Below are positions 54,241 through 63,972 of a DNA stretch of 64,000 bases, piece after piece. A program made the position numbers and the translations under genes. The stretch is from an uncultured Gemmatimonadaceae bacterium (GTDB lineage: Bacteria; Gemmatimonadota; Gemmatimonadetes; Gemmatimonadales; Gemmatimonadaceae). The stretch covers positions 704,001 to 768,000 of the forward strand of contig CAWAGQ010000004.1 in the NCBI GenBank assembly GCA_963781585.1. The letters run 5' to 3'. The stretch's first letter is position 1, and each line of letters opens with the position of its first letter. The notes under the pieces were generated by a model. That model made no database searches, had not been told where the DNA came from, and saw only the letters and a list, made by a program, of their open reading frames with translations.

Positions 54241-55545
54241 TCACGGTCGATCTGCCGTCGATCCGGCCATCTCCTGCCATGTTCGCAGAACCACCTCCAG
54301 CGTCGTTGTCTGCTGGCTTCCATCAGTGAGAGACTTCACGACCACGTCACCGGCACTGCTGCCGGCGATCAGGACGCGCGGCACCGCCCGCTGCGACGCC
54401 GCCTTCATCTGCCGCGAGAGCGTCTGCTCCCGCAACGAGTACTCCACCGCGGCCCCCGCCCGACGCAGTTGCGCCGCCATCGACACGACAACCGGCATCT
54501 GATCCGGCGCGTTGTACGCGATCCAGAAATCGGGACTCCGTTCCGGCGCCTGCGCCAGCCCGCGTGCTCGCAGCAGCTCCGAGAGGACCACGTCGCCCAT
54601 GCCGAACCCCAATGCGGGAAGATCGACCCCTCCCAGGTCCTGCAACAGGGTGTCGTACCGTCCGCCGCCGCAGATCGCGCGAAACTCGCCCTTGCGATCG
54701 AACAGTTCGAAGACGATGCCGGTGTAGTACGCGAGCCCGCGCACGATGGTGAGGTCGAACTGCACCCAGTCCTGGAGCCCGTGTGCTGCGAGCAGCGCGA
54801 AGTAGCGGTCGAGCCGGCTCAGCGCGGCCGCGGCCTCATCGTCGGAAGCCAGTTCGTCTACGAGCGCCGCGCGGTCCGACCGCGCGGCCGCGTCGAGAAT
54901 ACCGGCGGCGGTGGCAGCCGACAGCCCGGCCTTCACCAGCCGGCCCACCAGCACGTCGAGAGGGTCGCGCTGCACCTTGTCGATCGCGGCAAAGGCCGCC
55001 GGCACGCTCTCGTCAGGCACGCCCCGCCGGCGGAGGAGCGCGGTCAGCAGCCGGCGATCGGAAACGCGAGCCACCACGTCGTCGGGCGTGAGCCCGCACC
55101 CGCGCATGATCTCGATGGCCACCGCCAGCAGCTCGGCGTCCGCCGCGACGTCCGTCTCTCCCACGATGTCCACGTTGAGCTGAAAGTGCTCGCGCAGACG
55201 GCCGCGTTGCTGCCGCTCGTACCGGAACAGCTGGGGAATGGAGAACCAGCGGACGGGTTTCCGGAGCGCATTGGCGCGGGCCGACACCATGCGCGCGAAA
55301 GTCGGTGTCATCTCTGGGCGCAGGGCAACCTCGCGGCCGCCCTTGTCTGTGAAATTGTAGAGCTGCCCTACGATCTCGTCTCCGCTCTTCCTGGTGTAGA
55401 GCTCCAGCGGTTCGAGCGGAGGGCCGTCGTACTCCACGAAGGCGAAGCGCCTGGCAACATCACGCCACACGCCGAACAGATGGTCTCGTTCGGCGAGGTC
55501 GGAAGGGAAAAAATCGCGAAATCCGGGGAGCGCTCCCGCTGACAT
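54241..55545 (-). CDS. hisS: Histidine--tRNA ligase
   Basis: PGFRDF, LRPEMT, FRYERQQRGRLREHFQ, VRGLAYYTG, GGGRYD. Confidence 0.96.
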   Translation of the reverse strand: MSAGALPGFRDFFPSDLAERDHLFGVWRDVARRFAFVEYDGPPLEPLELYTRKSGDEIVGQLYNFTDKGGREVALRPEMTPTFARMVSARANALRKPVRWFSIPQLFRYERQQRGRLREHFQLNVDIVGETDVAADAELLAVAIEIMRGCGLTPDDVVARVSDRRLLTALLRRRGVPDESVPAAFAAIDKVQRDPLDVLVGRLVKAGLSAATAAGILDAAARSDRAALVDELASDDEAAAALSRLDRYFALLAAHGLQDWVQFDLTIVRGLAYYTGIVFELFDRKGEFRAICGGGRYDTLLQDLGGVDLPALGFGMGDVVLSELLRARGLAQAPERSPDFWIAYNAPDQMPVVVSMAAQLRRAGAAVEYSLREQTLSRQMKAASQRAVPRVLIAGSSAGDVVVKSLTDGSQQTTTLEVVLRTWQEMAGSTADRP

Positions 55546-55550
55546 GTTGA

Positions 55551-55580
55551 AAGCTAGCGAGCCAGCGGATCGACCTGCAA
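55551..55580 (-). promoter_or_regulatory. Putative internal hisS promoter (TTGCAG-N18-TAGCTT), leaderless
   Basis: -10 lies 5 nt before the hisS ATG and overlaps the folC stop. Confidence 0.5.
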
Positions 55581-56843
55581 GCGAGCCATCGCATCACCCA
55601 CGGTGTGAAAGGATCCGGTCACGAGCACGGTCTGGCCGAGGCGCGGAGCGAGGGCAAGGGCGCTGTCGAAGTCTTCGTCGACCACCGTCGCCCACCCCTG
55701 CCCGCGGGCGAACGCGCCGGCATCGGCCGCCGACCACGCCCGGCTGGCTGGCGCCGAAGGCGCGTTCGTGACAAGGAAGACGTCGACCGCCGGCGCCAGC
55801 GCAGACATGAGGCCTCGCCAATCCTTGTCGGCCAGCACGGTCAGCAGAACCACCATTGGCCGACGGACGCGCACCGCGTCCAGCGTGGCGGCGAGTACGG
55901 TCGCCCCATCGGGGTTGTGGGCCACGTCGAAGATGAATGAGTCGTGCCGGTGGAAACGACCGGGCAGCCGCACGGCGGGGAGCGCCTCGCGAAACTCCGC
56001 CGGTCCCCCGTAGAATGGCGCTCCTGACAGTTGCAGCATGAGCAGAGCGAGCGCGGTATTCGAGGCCTGATGCGCACCGATCAGGGGCGTGTGAAAGGCG
56101 GCGGGAGCGCCGTCCACGGCAAGGGTGAAGCGGGTGCCATCGTCGCCGACCGCGATGTCGCGGGGGGCGAGGTCACGCCACACGCTCGCGACCGGGCGCG
56201 CGCCGGCGCGCCCGGCGAGGTCGCTCAGCAGGCGGGCCACCGCCGGGTCGCGCTCGCCCACCGCCGCCGGGATGCCAGCCTTGAAGATCCCGGCCTTTTC
56301 GGCGGCGATCTCGTCCCGGCTGTTCCCCAGGTACTCCACATGATCGATGCCGATCGACGTCACGCCGGCCACCACGGGCCTAACGACGTTGGTCGAGTCG
56401 AGGCGCCCGCCGAGGCCGGTCTCGATGACCGCCGCGTCCACGCCGGCCCCGGCGAACGCGGCGAACGCCATCGCCGTGGTGGCCTCGAAGAAGGTGGCGC
56501 CGATCCGTTCCACCTCCGGTGTCCATCGGTCGATGAACTCCGTCACGTAGTCTTCGCTCACCGGCCGGCCGTCGATCACGAAGCGCTCGCGGAAATCGAC
56601 CAGATGCGGCGAAGTGTACTTGCCGACGTGGAGGCCACGGTGGCGCAGCGCCTCCTCCAGGGTGGCGCAGACGCTCCCCTTCCCGTTGGTTCCGGCTACG
56701 TGGAACGAGCGGAGTCGCCGGTGCGGATCGCCGAGGACCGCCAGCAGCTGCTCGGTGCGCTCCAGGCCGAAACGGTTGCCGCCGGTGGTGCGCGCGAACA
56801 GCGACGCCAGGGCGTCGCGGTAGGCGCTCAGGCGTTGGTCCAG
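55554..56843 (-). CDS. folC: Bifunctional folylpolyglutamate/dihydrofolate synthase
   Basis: HVAGTNGKGS, YTSPHL, ETGLGGRLDSTN, EKAGIFK, DVAHNPDG, TGSF. Start is uncertain; only CTG codons lie near the expected position. Confidence 0.94.
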   Translation of the reverse strand: MDQRLSAYRDALASLFARTTGGNRFGLERTEQLLAVLGDPHRRLRSFHVAGTNGKGSVCATLEEALRHRGLHVGKYTSPHLVDFRERFVIDGRPVSEDYVTEFIDRWTPEVERIGATFFEATTAMAFAAFAGAGVDAAVIETGLGGRLDSTNVVRPVVAGVTSIGIDHVEYLGNSRDEIAAEKAGIFKAGIPAAVGERDPAVARLLSDLAGRAGARPVASVWRDLAPRDIAVGDDGTRFTLAVDGAPAAFHTPLIGAHQASNTALALLMLQLSGAPFYGGPAEFREALPAVRLPGRFHRHDSFIFDVAHNPDGATVLAATLDAVRVRRPMVVLLTVLADKDWRGLMSALAPAVDVFLVTNAPSAPASRAWSAADAGAFARGQGWATVVDEDFDSALALAPRLGQTVLVTGSFHTVGDAMARLQVDPLAR

Positions 56844-57691
56844 CCGGCGACCGCCGGCTTGCCGCTCATGTGGCGCAACAGCCGCCCCACGGTCTGCTTG
56901 AGGTCCCGGCGGTGCACCACCGCGTCGAGCATGCCATGGTCCACCAGGAACTCGGCGGTCTGGAATCCCTCGGGGAGGTCCTGGCCTAACGTCTGCTTGA
57001 TCACCCGCGGCCCCGCGAATCCGATCACCGCGCCCGGCTCGGCGAGCACCGCGTCGCCCAGCATGGCATAGCTCGCGCTCACGCCGCCGGTGGTAGGGTT
57101 GGTGAGAATCGAAACGTAGGGGATGCGCCGCTCGGCCAGCTGGGAGAGGAGCGCGCTGACCTTGGCCATCTGCATCAGCGAAAGCACCCCTTCCTGCATG
57201 CGCGCTCCGCCTGACGCCGAGACGATCACCAGCGGGTGCTTGCGCTCGAGGGAGCGCTGGCCCAGGCGCGATATCTTCTCGCCGACCACCGACCCCATCG
57301 AACCGCCCATGAACGCGAAATCCATGACCCCGAGATTCACCGGCATTTCGCCCAGGGTCCCGGCGACGGTGAGAATGGCGTCGTACTCGCCCGCCGACGT
57401 ACGCGCTCGCTTGAGGCGCGCCGGGTAGTCTGGGAACCCGAGCGGATCGATGGACCGGATTTCGGCCTCGGTCTCCGTCCACCCCTTGTCGTCCATGAGC
57501 AGACGCACGTAGTCCGTCCCGCGCAGCCGCCTGTGGAAATCACACTCCGGGCAGACGTTGAGGTTGCGCTCGAACTTCTCGCGGATATCCGTGTGCCCGC
57601 AGGCCTCGCATTTCTCCCACACGTCGGGCGGGATCTCGAGGCGTTCGGTGCGCGGTCGGCGGGGTTTCTTCTCCTTGCGGAACCAAGCCAT
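56828..57691 (-). CDS. accD: Acetyl-CoA carboxylase carboxyltransferase beta subunit
   Basis: WEKCEAC...VCPEC zinc finger, FMGGSMG, SGGARMQEG, PTTGGV, GFAGPRVI. Confidence 0.97.
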   Translation of the reverse strand: MAWFRKEKKPRRPRTERLEIPPDVWEKCEACGHTDIREKFERNLNVCPECDFHRRLRGTDYVRLLMDDKGWTETEAEIRSIDPLGFPDYPARLKRARTSAGEYDAILTVAGTLGEMPVNLGVMDFAFMGGSMGSVVGEKISRLGQRSLERKHPLVIVSASGGARMQEGVLSLMQMAKVSALLSQLAERRIPYVSILTNPTTGGVSASYAMLGDAVLAEPGAVIGFAGPRVIKQTLGQDLPEGFQTAEFLVDHGMLDAVVHRRDLKQTVGRLLRHMSGKPAVAGWTNA

Positions 57692-57716
57692 ATGCAGGGA
57701 TTATGGGCGGCGACAA

Positions 57717-57805
57717 GGCCATAGGCCATAGGCCAAGCGGCGCAGGCCATGGGTCAAAGGCCATGGGCCAGGTCAAAGGCCAGAGGTCAAAGGCCAGAGG
57801 CCCTC
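57717..57805 (+). repeat. Heptamer tandem array, about 13 units, consensus about GGYCANA
   Basis: ggccata|ggccata|ggccaag|cggcgca|ggccatg|ggtcaaa|ggccatg|ggcca|ggtcaaa|ggccaga|ggtcaaa|ggccaga|ggccctc. Confidence 0.88.
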
Positions 57806-57827
57806 CCTCCCCGATCGTCCTTCCGCC

Positions 57828-59084
57828 CTACAGCTCGATCGGCATCTCCCCGGCCTTGCCCCGCCCCTCGCTGGAAATACGGACCAGGATGCCGACCGCG
57901 ATCCAGCACGCGAGCAGAAACGATCCGCCGTAGCTGAAGAACGGCAGCGGGATGCCGGTGATGGGCATCAGATGGTTCGTCATGCCGATGTTGACGAAGA
58001 CGTGCACGAACCAGCTCGCGGCGAGGCCGAAGGCGAGCAGGCTGCTGAACGAATCGTTGGCCCTGGTCGCCACCCGGATCACGCGCAGAAACAGGAACAG
58101 AAACAGCGTCAGCGCCACGGCCACGCCGATGAAGCCCAGCTCTTCGCCCACCACCGCGAAGATGAAATCGGTGTGCTGTTCCGGCAGGAACGCCAGCCGC
58201 TTCTGCGTGCCCGCGGTGAAGCCCTTGCCTAACCAGCCGCCCGATCCAATGGCGATCTTCGACTGGATGATGTGATAGCCCGACTGGCGCGGATCGCGGC
58301 CGGGGTCGAGAAACACCAGCAGCCGGTTCTGCTGGTAGGCATCGAGGCGCTCCCACAGCAGCGGCGCCGCCACGCCCATCACCACGTTGGCGATCACCAG
58401 CGCCACGCCCTCCACCATGTACGGCTTGTACATCAGCACGATCGCCACGAAGATCAGGAACCACGCCCCCCACAACTTCGTGCTGAACGCCAGCACCAGG
58501 CTGATGGCGGGCGATGCCGCCAGCAGCAGCAACGGCGCCGAGACTCCCGCCCAGAACAGCATCGCAAAAAAGATCCCGAGGAACACCATGCCGGTGCCCA
58601 GGTCCGGCTGCATCATCACCAGCACCCACGGGACGGCCACGACCAGGGCCGGCTTCACCAGGTCCACCAGGGATTTCGGCGCCTCGCGGCGCGACGCCAG
58701 CACCTTGGCCAGCATCAGCGCCACCGTGAGCTTGGCGAGCTCCGAGGGCTGGCCCAGGCGTACGTGGCCGATCGTGATCCAGCCCTTGACGCCCGCCGCG
58801 GTGCCGGCTCCGCTGCCGATCACCAGGGTGACCGCCAGCAGCGCCACGCCTAACAAGTAGGCCGGCAGGGCCGCCCACTCGAAGAACCGCACCGACGCCC
58901 GCGTGCAGACCCAGGCCGCCGACAGGGCGATCGCGAACCAGATCAGCTGGCGCTTCCACGCGCCCGCCACCGCGGCGATCGAGACATCGGTCTGCCCCGC
59001 GCTGTACACCACCGCGATGCCGTATCCCGTGAGCAGCAGGGCGATGATGACCAGCGGATAGTCGGCAACAGCTTTCCGGATCAC
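57828..59084 (-). CDS. rodA: Rod shape-determining peptidoglycan glycosyltransferase RodA
   Basis: QPSELAK, QPDLGT, QSKIAIGSGG, PEQHTDFIF, PITGIPLPFFSYGGS; follows mrdA; GTG 59084. Confidence 0.96.
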   Translation of the reverse strand: MIRKAVADYPLVIIALLLTGYGIAVVYSAGQTDVSIAAVAGAWKRQLIWFAIALSAAWVCTRASVRFFEWAALPAYLLGVALLAVTLVIGSGAGTAAGVKGWITIGHVRLGQPSELAKLTVALMLAKVLASRREAPKSLVDLVKPALVVAVPWVLVMMQPDLGTGMVFLGIFFAMLFWAGVSAPLLLLAASPAISLVLAFSTKLWGAWFLIFVAIVLMYKPYMVEGVALVIANVVMGVAAPLLWERLDAYQQNRLLVFLDPGRDPRQSGYHIIQSKIAIGSGGWLGKGFTAGTQKRLAFLPEQHTDFIFAVVGEELGFIGVAVALTLFLFLFLRVIRVATRANDSFSSLLAFGLAASWFVHVFVNIGMTNHLMPITGIPLPFFSYGGSFLLACWIAVGILVRISSEGRGKAGEMPIEL

Positions 59085-60850
59085 TCGCCCTCCACCCTCG
59101 GCGGTTCGATGGTCGGCCTCTTCAGATAGTGCTCGATGATCTTCGACGCCACCCGCGCCGCCAGGTAGCCGTGTTCTCCACCCACCAGCAGGACGCCCAC
59201 CACGATCTGCGGGTCCTCGCTGGGCGCGAATCCGACGAACCAGGCGTCGGTGTTCCTGGGACCATTCTGCGCCGACCCCGTCTTGCCGGCGATCACCACT
59301 CCCTGCACCTGGGCGCTCGCCGCGGTGCCGCGGGAGGAGATTACGTTCGCCATCGCCGCGCGCAGCCCGTCCAGTTGCGCCGGCGTCAGGTCGAAGATCT
59401 TGGGGCGCTCGACCGTCTGACGGGCGATGCTCGGCGTCGCCGCATGGCCATCGGTGGCCAGCGCTGTATAGAACCGCGCCATGTTGATCAGGGTCTGCGA
59501 ATTCTCGCCCTGTCCAATCGCCAGGTTGAGCGTCACGGCGTTGGTCCAACCGTTGGGCCCGTATCGGCGGTCGAAGTAGCTCACCGCGTCGGGCCAGCGC
59601 GGCTTGGTCTCGACGGGCAGATCGATGCCGCTCACGTCTCCAAACCGGAGCTGCACGCCGCCCGCCACCATCTTTGCGAGCGTCAGCCGCAGACCAAGCT
59701 GGTAGAAGTACACGTCGCACGACTTGGTGATCGCCTCGGACATCGTGAGGAAGCCGTGTCCCTTCGGATCCCAGCAATGGAAATACCGGCCGCCGAAGTA
59801 ATATCCGCCGGTGCACGGCTGCGGCATCCGGTCGTCGAGGGTCGCCACGCCGTCCTCGAGGGCCATGACCGCAGTGGCCAGCTTGAACGTGGAGCCGGGC
59901 GGATACAGTCCCTGAGTCGCCTTGTTGAACAGCGGCTTCCTCGGATCGTTGATCAGGCTCGCGTAGTAGTCCTTCGGGATGCCGCCCACGAATCGGTTCG
60001 GATCGAACCCCGGGGCACTGACCATCGCCAGCACCTCGCCGGTCTTGGGCTCGAGCGCTACGGCGGCGCCACGCAGCGAGTCGCCAAAATACGCGGCGGT
60101 GAACCGCTGGAGGTCGAGATCGATGTGCGTGTCGAGGGGCGGTCCCGGAACCGGCGGCAGGTCCGGGCGCGCCCCCGCTTCGGTCACCACCCGGCCCCGC
60201 GCATCCACCTCGACGAAGCGCGACCCCTCTCGTCCCCGCAGCCGCGATTCGTACTCACGCTCGAGCCCGGCCTTGCCGATCTCCTGGCCCGGCTTGTAGC
60301 CGGCGTATGCGCTCTCGTTGAGCTCCGCTTCGCTGATCTCGCCCGTGTACCCTACCAGCGCCGATACGGCCGCTGCGTCCGGGTAGTACCGCTTGGGCGA
60401 GGCCTGGATGATGAGGCTCGGAAACTCGGTGCGGTGTTCCTCCAGCACCGACACCTGCTCGAACGAAGCGTCGGGGAGCACAACGACCGGCCGCGCCGGG
60501 TCGCGACGGTAGCGTCGCACCACCGATTCGATCTCATCCTCGCCGAGCGGCACTACGCTCGTCAGGAGACGCAGCATCAGACGGAGCGAGTCGGGGCCGC
60601 TGCTGAGAATCGAAACCGAGTATCCCGGTATGTTCTCGGCAATCGTCAGGCGGTGCCGATCGTAGATGACACCTCGCGGCGCCGGGAGCGGTACCTCGCG
60701 CAGCCGGTTGGTCTCCGACTGCAGCGCGTACTGGCTGTACTCGAGGATTTGCGTGCGAAAGAACGCGGCGCCGAGCACCAGCAGGGCCAACCCGACTGCC
60801 GCACTCGCCACGCGGCCGCGCCGCTGGACTTCGTTCGGATGGAAGCTCAC
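59081..60850 (-). CDS. mrdA: Penicillin-binding protein 2
   Basis: PAPRGVIYDR, YPPGSTFK (SxxK), SCD, GKTGSAQ. Confidence 0.96.
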   Translation of the reverse strand: MSFHPNEVQRRGRVASAAVGLALLVLGAAFFRTQILEYSQYALQSETNRLREVPLPAPRGVIYDRHRLTIAENIPGYSVSILSSGPDSLRLMLRLLTSVVPLGEDEIESVVRRYRRDPARPVVVLPDASFEQVSVLEEHRTEFPSLIIQASPKRYYPDAAAVSALVGYTGEISEAELNESAYAGYKPGQEIGKAGLEREYESRLRGREGSRFVEVDARGRVVTEAGARPDLPPVPGPPLDTHIDLDLQRFTAAYFGDSLRGAAVALEPKTGEVLAMVSAPGFDPNRFVGGIPKDYYASLINDPRKPLFNKATQGLYPPGSTFKLATAVMALEDGVATLDDRMPQPCTGGYYFGGRYFHCWDPKGHGFLTMSEAITKSCDVYFYQLGLRLTLAKMVAGGVQLRFGDVSGIDLPVETKPRWPDAVSYFDRRYGPNGWTNAVTLNLAIGQGENSQTLINMARFYTALATDGHAATPSIARQTVERPKIFDLTPAQLDGLRAAMANVISSRGTAASAQVQGVVIAGKTGSAQNGPRNTDAWFVGFAPSEDPQIVVGVLLVGGEHGYLAARVASKIIEHYLKRPTIEPPRVEGE

Positions 60851-61335
60851 GACCTCTTCGGCTGCATCGTGGTCCGGAATGCCAGAATGACGATCACCCC
60901 GGTGACGGCAGTGAGCGCCGCCGCCAGCGGAGACCAGAGCAGGAGCTGCGTCGCCGTGTCGCGGAAACTCGTGTTCCGCTCAGCCAGCACGTACACCACA
61001 TCATACGCCCACTTGCCAACAAAGAAATAGAAGGCGTGGAGCACCACGTTGTCGGCAAAGAACACGGCCTTGAGCCACGATGCGCCGAACCCGATGACGG
61101 TCATCGCCAGCGCGCCCGCGCCCAGCGACGTCGGCGTCAGGGAATCGGCGATGAGCCCGGTGGCAAACCCCAGGATCGCGGCCGCCCCCGGTCGCAGCCG
61201 GACCGCCATCAGGAGCACGGCGATCACGAGGAAGTCCATCGACACTTTCCATCCCAGGAGAGGCCGCACCGTGTAGTGAAGTGCAACCAGCACCGCGAAC
61301 GCGATCACCGCGCGGAGCGTCACCTGCCACCTCAT
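60847..61335 (-). CDS. mreD: Rod shape-determining protein MreD
   Basis: 162-aa hydrophobic protein (GFATGLIADSL) between mreC and mrdA. Confidence 0.88.
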   Translation of the reverse strand: MRWQVTLRAVIAFAVLVALHYTVRPLLGWKVSMDFLVIAVLLMAVRLRPGAAAILGFATGLIADSLTPTSLGAGALAMTVIGFGASWLKAVFFADNVVLHAFYFFVGKWAYDVVYVLAERNTSFRDTATQLLLWSPLAAALTAVTGVIVILAFRTTMQPKRS

Positions 61336-62324
61336 CGCGGCGATCGCTCCGGAGGCGCCGGCGGGATGGAGTCGGGGCGCGGTGTGCTGCGGCGAACCGA
61401 ATCGCGCCGGATGGAGTCACGCTGGGCGTCCAGTCGCGCCAGCGAATCCCCGGCTGCCGCGATGCGGCGCTGCGCCGAGTCGACGCTCTCGGCCGAGGGC
61501 CACAGCGGAGTCAGGTCGCCAACCACCCGCCCGGGCAGGAGCACCATGACGTTGGTCACGTCGGGGGGCTCCACTACCGGCCGGATGAGGTAGGTGCGCG
61601 CCCATCCCTCGCTGGTGGTGATTTCGCTGATGACGGATCCGATCGGGATGCCGCGCGGGAAGACGCCTCCCAACCCGGAGCTGCGAATCAGCGTGCCCGG
61701 TTTGAGCGCCTGCCGGAAGGCCACGCCCCGCAATTCGAGCAGGAAGCGCTCGGGGTCATCGCCGTTGTGGGGGGTGATGATGCCGAAGGCCGTGCCATTC
61801 GCCGCCATGGCGCTCACCCGGAATTCGGGATGGGTCCAGAGGATGACGAGACTGGTGTGCGGATCGACGGCGGAGACGAGGCCCACCAGACCGGCCGGCG
61901 CAACAACCGGTGCGCGCTCGACCACGCCGGCGGTGGCACCGGCGGTCACGACGATGGAGTTCTCGTCGGCGAGGGTGCGCACATGCAGCGCTTCGGCCGG
62001 CACGAACCCCCAGCGCAGCTTGCTCCCCAGGCCGATCAGCCGCCGGAGCCGGTCATTCTCCTGCTCCAGTTCCGCCAGTTCGGCGTTATGCAGCGCCAGA
62101 CTGTCGAGACGGGCGGCGATGGACTCCCGTTCGGCCAGGGCGCTGCGGGCGCGCTCGGCCTGCTGCTGCAATCGGATCAGCGGCGCGACCGCGGTGCGTC
62201 GTAGAGCCGAGGCGACATCGCCGCGAATTCGCGTTGGGAGAACCGTGCAGAGCAGGGCCAGGCCCACACACGCCGCGAGTGCCGCGGTGTCTGCGCGCGT
62301 GCCCGAGCGGACGGCGCGTGCCAC
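61332..62324 (-). CDS. mreC: Rod shape-determining protein MreC
   Basis: TM segment, coiled coil (LEQENDRLRRLI), GLVGLV, SSGLGGVFPRGIPIG. Confidence 0.94.
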   Translation of the reverse strand: MARAVRSGTRADTAALAACVGLALLCTVLPTRIRGDVASALRRTAVAPLIRLQQQAERARSALAERESIAARLDSLALHNAELAELEQENDRLRRLIGLGSKLRWGFVPAEALHVRTLADENSIVVTAGATAGVVERAPVVAPAGLVGLVSAVDPHTSLVILWTHPEFRVSAMAANGTAFGIITPHNGDDPERFLLELRGVAFRQALKPGTLIRSSGLGGVFPRGIPIGSVISEITTSEGWARTYLIRPVVEPPDVTNVMVLLPGRVVGDLTPLWPSAESVDSAQRRIAAAGDSLARLDAQRDSIRRDSVRRSTPRPDSIPPAPPERSPR

Positions 62325-62334
62325 TTCAGCGACC

Positions 62335-63372
62335 TCAGGTGCTCAACACCGACCAGTACTTCTCCTCGTCGTCGAGGATGCGCCCCGTTCCCCGCACTAC
62401 GCAGGTCAGGGGGTCCTCGTCGACATGGATAGGGAGTCCCGTTTCCTGGTGCAGCACGACGTCGAGTCCACGAATCAGCGCACCGCCTCCGGTCATGACG
62501 ATGCCGCGGTCGACGATATCGCTCGCGAGCTCGGGCGGCGTGATTTCCAGCGCGCGGCGCACCGCGTCGACGATCTGCTGGATGGGCTCCTGAATGGCCT
62601 CGCGGATCTCGGTGGAGTGGACGCGGACCGTCTTGGGGATGCCGGAGACGAGGTCGCGTCCCTTCACTTCCGTCTCCCGCTCGTCGCCGACCGGGGCCGC
62701 CGAACCGATGGAGATCTTGATCAGCTCGGCGGTCGGCTCGCCAATGAGCAGGTTGTAGTTCTTGCGCATGAACTGCACGATGGCGGTATCGAGCTCGTCG
62801 CCGCCAGTGCGGATCGAGGTATCGCTGACGATTCCGGAGAGGGCAATGACGGCGATCTCGGTGGTGCCGCCTCCGATATCGATCACCATGTTGCCGGTGG
62901 GCGTTTCGATGGGGAGGCCCACGCCGATCGCCGCCGCCATCGGTTCGGCGACCATGAACACTTCCTTGGCACCGGCGCCTAACGCGGAGTCACGCACCGC
63001 GCGCTTCTCCACTTCGGTGATGCCCGAGGGCACGCACACGATCACCCGCGGCTTGATCTTGAACATCCGGTTGCGGATGATGAGCTCGAGAAAGTAGCGC
63101 AACATCTTCTCGGTCACGTCGAAGTCGGCGATCACGCCGTCCTTCATCGGGCGCACCGCGATGATGCCGTCGGGGGTGCGTCCGAGCATGCGCTTGGCTT
63201 CGAGTCCCACGCCCTTCACCCGCTTGGTGTCGCGATCGATGGCGACCACCGAGGGCTCGTTGAGGACGATTCCTTCGCCCTTGACGAATATCAGCGTGTT
63301 GGCGGTGCCGAGGTCGACGGCAATCGCGTTGGCGGGGAAGAAGGTCCCCGGTTTGAAGAAGGGCCAGCGCAT
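62335..63372 (-). CDS. mreB: Actin-like rod shape-determining protein MreB
   Basis: [50 protein letters not shown] 63372. Confidence 0.98.
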   Translation of the reverse strand: MRWPFFKPGTFFPANAIAVDLGTANTLIFVKGEGIVLNEPSVVAIDRDTKRVKGVGLEAKRMLGRTPDGIIAVRPMKDGVIADFDVTEKMLRYFLELIIRNRMFKIKPRVIVCVPSGITEVEKRAVRDSALGAGAKEVFMVAEPMAAAIGVGLPIETPTGNMVIDIGGGTTEIAVIALSGIVSDTSIRTGGDELDTAIVQFMRKNYNLLIGEPTAELIKISIGSAAPVGDERETEVKGRDLVSGIPKTVRVHSTEIREAIQEPIQQIVDAVRRALEITPPELASDIVDRGIVMTGGGALIRGLDVVLHQETGLPIHVDEDPLTCVVRGTGRILDDEEKYWSVLST

Positions 63373-63436
63373 CGATGGAGTGCTCAACGTGCCGCGGCGC
63401 GTCGGTCGACGAGGTGGGGGGGCAGGAACGCGAGGT

Positions 63437-63465
63437 AAGCTAGTGAGGTGGAGCGAGCTGTGCAA
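63437..63465 (-). promoter_or_regulatory. Putative mreB operon promoter (TTGCAC-N17-TAGCTT)
   Basis: -35 at 63465-63460, -10 at 63442-63437. Confidence 0.55.
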
Positions 63466-63972
63466 GACATTGCGTTTTCACAACCTAGACGCTTCGTCTG
63501 ACGTACTGCTGGAAGTCGGGCGGCGGCTTCCAGCGGTCGTTATGAATCATCCGTGTCCGGCTACCCGCCGCCGCAACGTCGTCGCGCACCGACCGCGCGC
63601 CTCATCGGTCCATCGCGTCCACCAGTGGCGCCACGATCCGTCACTCCCGCTGTCGCCGGGCCCGCCTCAGGCCGTCCGCACGCGACGGGGGCCGCATGTA
63701 GGACGCGCGACAGGCGCCAGCGCCACAGCGAGACCGAGGTCCCCACCCGGATGAGTGCGCTCGTTAGGCGCACAACCGGTCTCCGCCGGATCGCGCCGCG
63801 GGCTCGGCTGTGCCGGTCACCGTCGTGGTCGCTGCGATGCGCCGCGCGAAGTGACTTGGGTCGCAGCATGAGACCACGGCGAGGCACATCGTGTCCTCCG
63901 CACGATTCGGCCCTGGGTGGGCAGTTCCGTTGTCGGTGCGGCGCGGTAGCGGGCCGGGTGCTGCGTCCGCGA

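Noticed and set aside
63466..63972. ORFs upstream of mreB (63561-63887, 63764-63976)
   Set aside because: No recognisable motifs or convincing RBS; left unannotated.
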